This document shows positions 40,266 through 48,106 of a stretch of DNA of 64,000 nucleotides, piece after piece. The position numbers and the translations under genes were made by a program. Origin of the DNA: Bacteroidia bacterium (GTDB taxonomy: Bacteria > Bacteroidota > Bacteroidia > NS11-12g > UBA9320); contig JAGVMN010000007.1 in NCBI GenBank assembly GCA_020053795.1, positions 31,248 through 95,247 of the forward strand. The letters are read 5' to 3'. How positions within the stretch are numbered: the stretch's first letter is position 1; each line of letters starts with the position of its first letter. The notes under the pieces are model-generated. The model was not told the DNA's origin and did not search any database. It saw nothing but the letters and a program-made list of their open reading frames with translations.

Positions 40266-40663
40266 TTTTCTGTCAGGTATGCAAATGATTGAGGTGGAAA
40301 TAATTTAAAGTCCGCTCTCAAACATTTTGGTTTTTTATACTTTATGGTATTCCTTATTTTAATAGCAAAACCTTGGTCTTTGTCTGCAAAGTATTTGTAG
40401 TAATAGTCTTCTGATATACCTGAATGTTCTTGTGTCAATGTCCAAAGAGTTTGCAGGTCATAGTTTAAAATATCTTCAATTTCAAACTCGCCAATAACTT
40501 GTTGAACCGGTGATGAAGCATAAACGATTACCGATTTGACGTTCTCGTTCTTGAATATTGATTTTCTAAACTCAAATTTCTTTGAGCCATCAAATATTTT
40601 AAAGGCAAATTCCGGTTTTATTGATAAAACTACTTTCATATTATTTTGTCCTGTTGTAAGCAA
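40262..40663 (-). CDS. ASCH (PUA-like) domain protein
   Basis: GSKKFEFR equals the GxKxxExR ASCH signature. Size is 133 aa. The upstream PIN-GNAT ORF overlaps its start by 23 nt. Confidence 0.6.
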   Translation of the reverse strand: MLTTGQNNMKVVLSIKPEFAFKIFDGSKKFEFRKSIFKNENVKSVIVYASSPVQQVIGEFEIEDILNYDLQTLWTLTQEHSGISEDYYYKYFADKDQGFAIKIRNTIKYKKPKCLRADFKLFPPQSFAYLTEK

Positions 40664-42167
40664 AATTGATTAAGTCGTCAAACTGCTTTGAAGTCAATTT
40701 TGCAAATCCTTTTGGTAAACTCATTGAGTCTGCGAATATGCCTAAGTTTATTAAATCATTCAATGTCGGTTTAGGTGTTGGTAAAGAATGTGCATAAAGG
40801 AAATTGATAATAAATGGCTTGTATTTTGGGAACTTGTTCCACCATTTGTCAAGCAAGTCTTCTTTGGGAATCATTGTTCTGCGATTGCAATTATTAAAAA
40901 AGTCATCAAAGTCTTTGAAACCATCTTTAATACTTTCAACTATGCAAATTGTAGTTAATGTGCTCGAATACTTTTTTGGTGCTGTTTCCCCAATTCTATA
41001 TATGAGAACAATGTCACCTGATTTTAAATTTCTGTCGGGTGAGTGAGAAATATACACCTTGCTAATTCTGTTTCTATGAGGTTCATTTTCGGTATATTTC
41101 GCCTTATCTTCTCTTGTATTTATACTGTCTGGGAATAATTCTGTGTGATATTGAGGTTCAATTCTAATGAGGTATTTATCTGTCTCCCTTGAGAAGAATG
41201 GGAATGTCAATTTTGGATTTTCGATGTTAACGGGTAAGTTCTTACCGAACTCTCTAACATAAACCAATTCTTCGCCATTTTTAGATGTTTTAATGCCATG
41301 CTGGTAAAAACCCCATTCTTCGAGCATCTCTATTAATTGTTCTTGCTCTGGTCGTTTATTAAAAATAGTGACGTAAATTTCTTCAACTCTAAAAAGTAAA
41401 GCATTATCAAAAACAGTTTTTAAAAATCGTTCGCCAATTTTATATCCATTGCTTGAAACCTTAAGAGTTCCAATTTTTAATCGTTTTTTTGGTTTAAATA
41501 CAGGCGTTATATCAGAATAATCTTCTTCTCCCGGTTTCTCAATTTTAATGTATAAAAAAGCCGTTAATTGATTGTCACTATAGCAAAGGTAACAAGGATG
41601 TTCCGCTTTGCTATTGAACCACTTGTCAAACTCTTGATAGTCGAGGCGAAAACTGTCGAAAAAACTGTCTTTCAAATCAACTTCGCCAAAGTCGACCTTT
41701 TTAACAGCCAAAACTTTGTGTGAAATAAGGTCAGGGTTCTCTGCGGTTACCTTTTCTAAGAAACTTTGAATTCTATAAACTCTGCCACCTATTCCAAGAA
41801 GATGAGCTTTAGTGTGTATTTTCTTATCTTCAGAAATTAAAAGGTCAATTCTGTTTTCAAATACTTCATTTAGGATTTGAGTATCGTTCAGATCATTCGG
41901 TGTATTGTCAACTTGTTGGCTAATTTGTTTGATTGTCTCGCTTAATGGTGCCTGATGTTTGAGTTGATTGTAACTTTCTATCTTGATATTCATTGACTTT
42001 AAAGAGTTCTGGTCTTTATACCTGTTTAACTCAATGATTGTCAAAGGATGAATGTATTTGTTGTATTTAAGTTTGTCGAGCCAATAGAATAGCTGTCCGA
42101 TGTCAAGTTTGTAAATCTTGTCAGCTTCCCTGTGAATTATAATATTGGTGTCGAGTAATACTTTCAC
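40641..42167 (-). CDS. multidomain PIN / GNAT-like / unknown C-terminal domain protein
   Basis: PIN: LLDTNIIIH (Asp1), IIELNRY (Glu), NDLNDTQ and IDLLISEDKKI (Asp3/4). The middle region resembles the GNAT acetyl-CoA site (KIGTLKVSSNGYKIGERFLK...NKRPEQEQLIEMLEEWGFYQHG). The C-terminal 170 aa match nothing I recognise. Confidence 0.45.
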   Translation of the reverse strand: MKVLLDTNIIIHREADKIYKLDIGQLFYWLDKLKYNKYIHPLTIIELNRYKDQNSLKSMNIKIESYNQLKHQAPLSETIKQISQQVDNTPNDLNDTQILNEVFENRIDLLISEDKKIHTKAHLLGIGGRVYRIQSFLEKVTAENPDLISHKVLAVKKVDFGEVDLKDSFFDSFRLDYQEFDKWFNSKAEHPCYLCYSDNQLTAFLYIKIEKPGEEDYSDITPVFKPKKRLKIGTLKVSSNGYKIGERFLKTVFDNALLFRVEEIYVTIFNKRPEQEQLIEMLEEWGFYQHGIKTSKNGEELVYVREFGKNLPVNIENPKLTFPFFSRETDKYLIRIEPQYHTELFPDSINTREDKAKYTENEPHRNRISKVYISHSPDRNLKSGDIVLIYRIGETAPKKYSSTLTTICIVESIKDGFKDFDDFFNNCNRRTMIPKEDLLDKWWNKFPKYKPFIINFLYAHSLPTPKPTLNDLINLGIFADSMSLPKGFAKLTSKQFDDLINFAYNRTK

Positions 42168-42178
42168 CTAATTCTGTT

Positions 42179-42502
42179 TCAAGTTTTGGTGTCGTCCTTT
42201 TGCATAGCACATAACTCCTCAATATATTCAACGAGTAACCCAACACTTGCAAAAGGACTTACGCGTCTGGACATGGCTTTCTCATCTGCCAGCACTATGG
42301 AAATTCCAAATTCATCTTCTATGGCTTCTTCAATACTGACTACCAGAGAAACAAGATCTATTGAGTCAAGGCCCGCGTCACCTCCAAAAAGGCGGGTGGC
42401 ATTGCCATTCTTTAAATCGATCTTGTTTTCTATTTCTTCATTGAACTGCAGGATTGTGTTGGTAACTACCTGATAAATCCGTTCTTTGGTATTCTGACTC
42501 AT
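42179..42502 (-). CDS. acyl carrier protein
   Basis: Phosphopantetheine attachment motif GLDSIDLV. Size is 107 aa. Confidence 0.7.
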   Translation of the reverse strand: MSQNTKERIYQVVTNTILQFNEEIENKIDLKNGNATRLFGGDAGLDSIDLVSLVVSIEEAIEDEFGISIVLADEKAMSRRVSPFASVGLLVEYIEELCAMQKDDTKT

Positions 42503-42531
42503 TTGGTGATGCTTTTAATATAGATGATGCT

Positions 42532-43065
42532 TTATCTGATTAAGATTCTCATGTATTTATTCAGCTTTTCCCGGAAGACCGATTTTTGCAATACGCCTTT
42601 GACGACGGATTTGTTCTCGGTATCATTAATCTCAAAGCCGAGGGATTTGTTAAACCTAATGGCAGGCATGTTGCTCGACAAAATGCTACATGAAACCGTT
42701 TCAAGATTCAGTTGTTCAAAACCGAATTCAAGTAAAGAAAAAACAGCTTTTGACGTATAGGCACTTCCCTGAGATTTCTCTCCGAACATAAATATGCCAT
42801 ATTCGGCAGTTTTCTTTTCATAATCAACATCTTTCAAGTCAACCAGTCCAATATTGCCCAAACCTGTTGTCTGAATCACAAAGTAGTAGTTGGCCCGGTT
42901 GTTTACCTTCTCAAACCAATGTGCCTGATCGTTTTCTGAAATTTCTGATTGATACACCATGAAGTTTTTAACCGAGCTGGAGTTTCTCCAATATCTCACT
43001 TCCTCCAAATGTTCAGCCTTCAGTCTGCTAAGTACGACGCCATAATTGGCAATTTCCATGATCAT
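42532..43065 (-). CDS. GNAT family N-acyltransferase (PseH-like size)
   Basis: 177 aa with GNAT fold motifs (YGIFMFGEKSQGSAYTSKAV...LGFE). Confidence 0.6.
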   Translation of the reverse strand: MIMEIANYGVVLSRLKAEHLEEVRYWRNSSSVKNFMVYQSEISENDQAHWFEKVNNRANYYFVIQTTGLGNIGLVDLKDVDYEKKTAEYGIFMFGEKSQGSAYTSKAVFSLLEFGFEQLNLETVSCSILSSNMPAIRFNKSLGFEINDTENKSVVKGVLQKSVFREKLNKYMRILIR

Positions 43066-43083
43066 GTTAATGAAAAATACATA

Positions 43084-44364
43084 TTAAAGCCTGCAGTCGA
43101 CCATTTCTTCGGTGAAGAATCCTTTAACATCGTAAACCAGGCCTTTAGCAGTCAATAGTTCCCTTGGGTTGATATGTTTGAACTCATTGTGCCCAACGGT
43201 CAGTACGACAACGTCATAAGCAGATGGTTCCATTTTAGTAACCAATTCAAGCCCGAACTCTGATTTAATTTCTTCGTTGTTTGCCCATGGATCGTAAACA
43301 GAAATAGCAATGGAATAGGCCATCAGTTCCCTGATTACGTCGATGACTTTAGTGTTTCTGATGTCTGTGCAGTTTTCCTTAAATGTGATCCCAAGTATCA
43401 GTGCTTTAGCAGCCTTTATATTGGTACCTTTTTTTATCATCTGCTTAACCACTTCGCCCGCAATGTAGGCTCCCATGCCATCGTTTGTGCGTCTGCCTGC
43501 CAAAATCAATTCAGGGTGATAACCCATCTCTTCTGCTTTTTGAGCCAGATAATAAGGATCCACACCGATGCAATGTCCGCCAACCAATCCCGGTTTAAAG
43601 GGTAAAAAGTTCCATTTTGTTCCCGCAGCTTCCAGCACAGCGTTGGTGTCTATATCCAACTTGTTGAATATTTTAGCGAGTTCGTTGACAAAAGCAATAT
43701 TGATGTCGCGTTGTGTATTCTCAATCACTTTTGCTGCTTCGGCAACTTTGATTGATGGGGCCCTGTGTGTGCCGGCGGTTATTACCGAAGCGTAAAGATC
43801 ATCAACACGTTCAGCGATTTCAGACGTAGAACCGGAAGTCACCTTTTTAACCCGTTCCACAGTGTGTAGCTTATCTCCTGGGTTTACCCTTTCAGGAGAA
43901 TAGCCCGCGAAAAAATCAATATTGTAACGAAGTCCGGAGCTTTTTTCCACCACTGGGATGCACTCTTCTTCTGTTGCACCCGGATATACGGTTGACTCGT
44001 AGATCACCAGGTCGCCCTTTGATAAAACCTTTCCAACAGTTTCGCTGGCAGCAACCAAATAACTGAGATCGGGAATATTCCTGAAATCAACTGGTGTAGG
44101 AACCGTAATGATATAAATATTGCATCCGGCAATGTCCTCGGTATCACAGCTAATGAAAAATCCGGGCTGACTCAGGTCAAGATTTTTTTTCAGTACCTGA
44201 TTCAGATTTTCGTCGGTAACTTCTAAAGTTAAATCGTTGCCGTTATTTAACTCATTGACCCGTTTCTGACTTATATCAAAACCAACAACGGGGTATTTCT
44301 TTGCAAAAGCAATGGCGAGTGGAAGCCCAACGTAGCCGAGGCCTATCATGCAGATTTTATTCAT
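43084..44364 (-). CDS. UDP-N-acetyl-D-glucosamine / nucleotide-sugar 6-dehydrogenase (WbpA/TviB-like), first gene of the locus
   Basis: N-terminal ICMIGLGYVGLPLAIAF NAD-binding motif. Central GGHCIGVDPYY (catalytic Cys). Size is 426 aa. Confidence 0.8.
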   Translation of the reverse strand: MNKICMIGLGYVGLPLAIAFAKKYPVVGFDISQKRVNELNNGNDLTLEVTDENLNQVLKKNLDLSQPGFFISCDTEDIAGCNIYIITVPTPVDFRNIPDLSYLVAASETVGKVLSKGDLVIYESTVYPGATEEECIPVVEKSSGLRYNIDFFAGYSPERVNPGDKLHTVERVKKVTSGSTSEIAERVDDLYASVITAGTHRAPSIKVAEAAKVIENTQRDINIAFVNELAKIFNKLDIDTNAVLEAAGTKWNFLPFKPGLVGGHCIGVDPYYLAQKAEEMGYHPELILAGRRTNDGMGAYIAGEVVKQMIKKGTNIKAAKALILGITFKENCTDIRNTKVIDVIRELMAYSIAISVYDPWANNEEIKSEFGLELVTKMEPSAYDVVVLTVGHNEFKHINPRELLTAKGLVYDVKGFFTEEMVDCRL

Positions 44365-44463
44365 TTGACTCTGATTTTTTTAGAAATCGTTTTTTCTGTC
44401 ATTTTCACAGCTCCGCTCCTTCAGTCACATTCAGACTTTGCACTTATTGAGTAATAAAAGTAC

Positions 44464-44473
44464 TCAAAATTAC
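44464..44473 (-). promoter_or_regulatory. candidate Bacteroidetes -7 element (TAATTTTG, reverse strand) about 100 nt upstream of the dehydrogenase start
   Basis: Forward caaaatta at 44466-44473 reads TAATTTTG on the minus strand, matching the TAnnTTTG consensus. Confidence 0.25.
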
Positions 44474-44802
44474 CTAAAATTTTGATGAAAACTACCTTAA
44501 ATCAACTTATTAGCTCCTATTGAATTATTCACAGATAGTTGATTAAGAGGCGGACTGTATCCCACTTTTGGATATTGTGAAAAGCAAAAAGTCACGGAAG
44601 TCAATTGCAGCAGGCAACACACTACTTCAGGTAATTAAATTCAAGAATGTCTTTAGATTTGGACTGATGGTTTTCTATGTGGGTTAAGTTGCCGGAGCAG
44701 CATGAGTAAACAACCCTGTCTGAAAACAACGACCGGATATTTTGTAGGGTTGATAGATGTATAGGTTGTAGGGTTGAAAAGTTGAAGGGTCTAATTTATT
44801 AA

Positions 44803-44844
44803 CCTGAAACCTGAGACCTGAAACCTGAAACTTGGGACTTGTAA
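44803..44844. repeat. degenerate tandem heptamer array (CCTGAAA-like, 6 units)
   Basis: cctgaaa cctgaga cctgaaa cctgaaa cttggga cttgtaa. It is preceded by two copies of TGTAGGGTTGA at 44743 and 44767. Confidence 0.6.
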
Positions 44845-44947
44845 TTTGAGCGTAGGGCCTTGTTGCGTTTGGTGTCTTCTGTGCTTCTATTTTCGCAGAT
44901 GACATAGGATATACGAGTGAACCCAAGTTCTTCCCATCGGTGTTAAT

Positions 44948-44988
44948 ACGGATACGCCATCCGTAATAACACGGATACCCGCATCCGT
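44948..44988. promoter_or_regulatory. two tandem near-identical small palindromes (ACGGATACGCCATCCGT / ACGGATACCCGCATCCGT)
   Basis: Each has ACGGAT...ATCCGT arms. The centres are 23 bp apart, about 135-175 bp upstream of the plus-strand gene at 45122. Confidence 0.35.
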
Positions 44989-45121
44989 GTAAACACTGAT
45001 ATTTACAAATCATTAGTTATATTGGAATTTTGTTTTATACGTTTGTCAGTAATTCTACCAGCCGTTAAGCATAAAGAAATATAATAACCTATCAACTAAT
45101 CAACCAAGTAACCCACCCACC

Positions 45122-46312
45122 ATGCCCATAAAAAGCAATATTCTCGAAATTCTGATCTCGCTAACCCTGATCTATGCCTTTCTCAGTATTCTGGTTTCCG
45201 TATTGCTGGAATGGTTCAACCACTGGCAAAAGAGCCGGGCAAAAATGTTGCACGACACCATCGAGCAAATGCTCCTGGACCCAGTCAACCTGTCGTATGG
45301 TCATCTGTTTTTCAACCATCCTATGATCAGCGGCATGCGGGGTAAAGCCAATGACCGGCCGCCATCTTATATTTCATCTTCCATGTTTGCCGATGTGCTG
45401 ATAGATGTAATCGCTGCCCAAAGTCGCCATGGACAAAAACTGGAACCCGTGAAAGACGATAAGGGGAATGTGACCGGCTACCAAAAAGTCGGGAGTGTAC
45501 CGGTATCGGTCAGAACACTTTTTAATGAATCACTGGTTAATATGAATGCCAGTCCGCTGAACGACCTGATTGCCGGGATGTGGGAAAAGGCCGAAGGCGA
45601 TCTGGACAAACTGAAACTGCATATTGAAGGCTGGTTTAACAACCAGATGGACAGGGCCAGCGGTTGGTACAAAACCAAACAAAGAAGCAAACTGCTGATC
45701 TTCGGATTTGCGGTGGCCATTTTGCTGAACGTAGATACCCTTCATATTGTCAAGGTGCTGAGCATAGACGAAGGTACCCGCACCAAATTGGTTGATGTCT
45801 CCATGAACGTAGCCGAGAACTATGAGAAACTGAGTGACGACGCGAAAAAGGATGATGCCGCCCTTTGGGAAGTTCTGAAAGCTTCGGTTCCCGATTCTCT
45901 GAAAAGCGATACTTCATTACTCAAAAAACACATGGGTAGGGTTAAAGACTCCTTGTCACTCGAATATCTCCTAAAAGCCGATAGTGTGCTTGGTCTCGCT
46001 GCCGGACTCAACATGCCCATTGGCTGGAACATGGAATCGGCCCCTAAAAGCTGGGATTTGAAATGCCTCTTTTGTAGCAGGTGTTGCCCACCTGAAAGAC
46101 ATCCCAAACGCAGCACAGGCCTGATAGCATACAACCAACACCGAAATGAATGCAGCACCTGGGGCAATCTCCTGATGTATTTGCTCGGTATCACCATCAG
46201 CGGCATCTCCCTTAGTTTCGGAGCACCGTTTTGGTTTGAGTTGCTGGTGAAGTTTGTGAATATCAGGAAGGCGGGGGTCAAGCCAAAGGTTGCTAAGAAG
46301 GAAAAGAAATGA
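45122..46312 (+). CDS. hypothetical membrane protein (N-terminal TM, large soluble region, two C-terminal TM helices)
   Basis: 396-aa ORF with hydrophobic segments ILEILISLTLIYAFLSILVSVLL, LLIFGFAVAILL and LLGITISGISLSFGAPFWF. No known motif. Confidence 0.5.
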   Translation: MPIKSNILEILISLTLIYAFLSILVSVLLEWFNHWQKSRAKMLHDTIEQMLLDPVNLSYGHLFFNHPMISGMRGKANDRPPSYISSSMFADVLIDVIAAQSRHGQKLEPVKDDKGNVTGYQKVGSVPVSVRTLFNESLVNMNASPLNDLIAGMWEKAEGDLDKLKLHIEGWFNNQMDRASGWYKTKQRSKLLIFGFAVAILLNVDTLHIVKVLSIDEGTRTKLVDVSMNVAENYEKLSDDAKKDDAALWEVLKASVPDSLKSDTSLLKKHMGRVKDSLSLEYLLKADSVLGLAAGLNMPIGWNMESAPKSWDLKCLFCSRCCPPERHPKRSTGLIAYNQHRNECSTWGNLLMYLLGITISGISLSFGAPFWFELLVKFVNIRKAGVKPKVAKKEKK

Positions 46313-46459
46313 AAGTGTGGGGGTGGAAGGGTTGAATGGTGGAAAGGTTTAAAAGTTGATTTTCCTGTATTACGGAATATAGAATAGCCCCGTACTTTAG
46401 TGCGGGGAAAGAAGAAAGAAGGTTAAAATAGATTTGATTTGATTGTATAAAATGAGAAT

Positions 46460-46600
46460 ATGAAATACGCATTTGAGAATCTGGAGGTATGGCAAAAGTC
46501 AAGGGGGTTGGTTAAAAGTGTTTACCAATTAACCGGCACTTTTCCACCCGAAGAGAAATTCGGATTAACAAGTCAACTCAGGCGGGCCAGTATTTGGACC
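46460..46600 (+). pseudogene. N-terminal fragment of a four-helix-bundle protein (TIGR02436 / 23S rRNA IVS-protein family)
   Basis: MKYAFENLEVWQKSRGLVKSVYQLTGTFPPEEKFGLTSQLRRASI matches the family N-terminus. After that the reading frame departs from the conserved SIPSNIAEG continuation. Confidence 0.5.
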
Positions 46601-46642
46601 GTGGCCATCAGACTTCAGGACAAATTGCCTGCCCAAATAATA

Positions 46643-47023
46643 ATGCCCGTGAAAAGATTCAGGATATTTTTCTTCATACCTCTGGTCTATATTGCTTTGA
46701 TCATGTTATTCGCCGGCTATGTCTTTTTTAACGACATTAGCCGTTTTGGCCAGCCCAGTCGAGTGCAACTCGGTGGCCTCATCGGACTCATTTTACCTGT
46801 TCATTTGTTCGCTGTGTTTTGCATTCTGCACACACTCTATTTTGTAGCAAAAAGTCTCAAAACAGCCGAGCAACAAAAGGTAGTAAGAGTGTCAGACTTT
46901 GCTGGTGACTTTGCCCTGCTTTGGCTGTTCCCGATTGGAATATGGTTTATACAGCCAAGAATTAACCAATTGTTCGATCCATCTCTGAACCCATCTGATG
47001 TTACGGATCATATGGTGAATTAA
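46643..47023 (+). CDS. small hypothetical membrane protein (3 TM), in frame with the four-helix-bundle fragment
   Basis: MPVKRFRIFFFIPLVYIALIMLFAGYVFF... Hydrophobic helices. The start is an internal Met of the 187-aa track ORF. Confidence 0.35.
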   Translation: MPVKRFRIFFFIPLVYIALIMLFAGYVFFNDISRFGQPSRVQLGGLIGLILPVHLFAVFCILHTLYFVAKSLKTAEQQKVVRVSDFAGDFALLWLFPIGIWFIQPRINQLFDPSLNPSDVTDHMVN

Positions 47024-47286
47024 AGTTAAAAGTGAAGAGTTGCTGAGTGCTTTTTTACTTTTAGTTTTTTGATGTGCTGTTGGGTTTACTGGCCTGACAA
47101 TCTACTTCCGATTGTGAATCAATCCGATCAACCGACTTCCCTTTCAAAAGGCATTGAATGAGAATCGTGTCATTTGAGCCTATCAATGCTAATATTGTAT
47201 GGACTTCTAAAAGCAAAACACGACCATAATAAAGAGCTACACTGACTTTGAAAGAAAATTGAATCGCAAACTGGAAGAGAACTAAC

Positions 47287-47781
47287 ATGATCAAACAAAT
47301 TGCTTTTTACTTGTTGTTGGTTGGCTGCAATGCCAATGTTTCAAAACCGAAAGCTCAGGTTGAATTCGCCAAACTACAAGGGGAACTAAAAGTAACAAAA
47401 GTGATAGATGGGGACACTTTTTGGATCATTGACGAAGAATTAAAGAAAGCAAAAATCAGGTTGATAGGGGTAGATGCCCCGGAATCGAGAAACGCTTTTA
47501 AAAAGAAAATCGGCCCATACGGCAAGGAGTCTAAGCAGTACCTGAAAAATTTGATTTTGGACAAAAAGGTAAGATTGGCGTACGATGTTGACAGCACAGA
47601 CCAATATGGCAGAACCTTGGCTTATGTGTATTTGGAGGATGGAACCTTTGTAAATGCAGAACTTGTTAAGAACGGTTATGCTATGCTGATGACCATTCCA
47701 CCCAATGTAAAATTTGCAGATGTGTTTGTGAAACTGCAACAAGAGGCCAGGGAGAACAATAGGGGGCTTTGGAAACAATAG
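47287..47781 (+). CDS. secreted thermonuclease (SNase / staphylococcal nuclease-like) lipoprotein
   Basis: Signal peptide plus Cys (LLLVGC). SNase motifs: GDTFWII, IRLIGVDAPES, YGRTLAYVY. Confidence 0.75.
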   Translation: MIKQIAFYLLLVGCNANVSKPKAQVEFAKLQGELKVTKVIDGDTFWIIDEELKKAKIRLIGVDAPESRNAFKKKIGPYGKESKQYLKNLILDKKVRLAYDVDSTDQYGRTLAYVYLEDGTFVNAELVKNGYAMLMTIPPNVKFADVFVKLQQEARENNRGLWKQ

Positions 47782-48106
47782 GTCTTTGATCAATAACGTC
47801 CAAAACGATTTCTGATGATCATTCAATTATATTGAAGGAATTCGGTTTTGCTGGGATGATTGTCTTTGGGGGGTTATTTTTACTCTTGTTGGTTCTTTCA
47901 TTTTTTTGCTTGACCAAAAAAACGAAACAAAAAAAGTCAAGAACGAAAACCAACCTGATTTTTTCTTTAACACATGCCCTCCGCCTCTCAGCCGAAAAAA
48001 TAGGTTCGCACTTTTCGTTCACACCAAATCCGCACCGCTTATCACCGATGATTTACGGAAAATAATTTGGAAACTACTGGTCATTGATTATCATCGGAGG
48101 TCTATG

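Noticed and set aside
40641-42167. Possibility that the 508-aa PIN-GNAT ORF is simply another sugar N-acetyltransferase of the pathway
   Set aside because: The N-terminal PIN-type acidic residue pattern and the 170-aa unknown C-terminus do not fit small sugar N-acyltransferases. It is kept as a finding rather than folded into the biosynthetic annotation.
44803-44844. Short tandem repeats considered as a possible CRISPR array
   Set aside because: The units are 7 bp with no spacers, which is far too short, and no cas genes are nearby.
44684-45013. 109-aa minus-strand ORF in the leader region of the polysaccharide locus
   Set aside because: It is translated straight through the heptamer and palindrome repeats (the KFQVSGLRFQV pattern mirrors the DNA repeat). 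This is more plausibly non-coding regulatory DNA.
46330-46400. Hairpin CCCCGTAC-ttta-GTGCGGGG downstream of the 396-aa membrane protein gene considered as a terminator
   Set aside because: The stem contains a G-U pair and no U-run follows, so evidence for an intrinsic terminator is weak.
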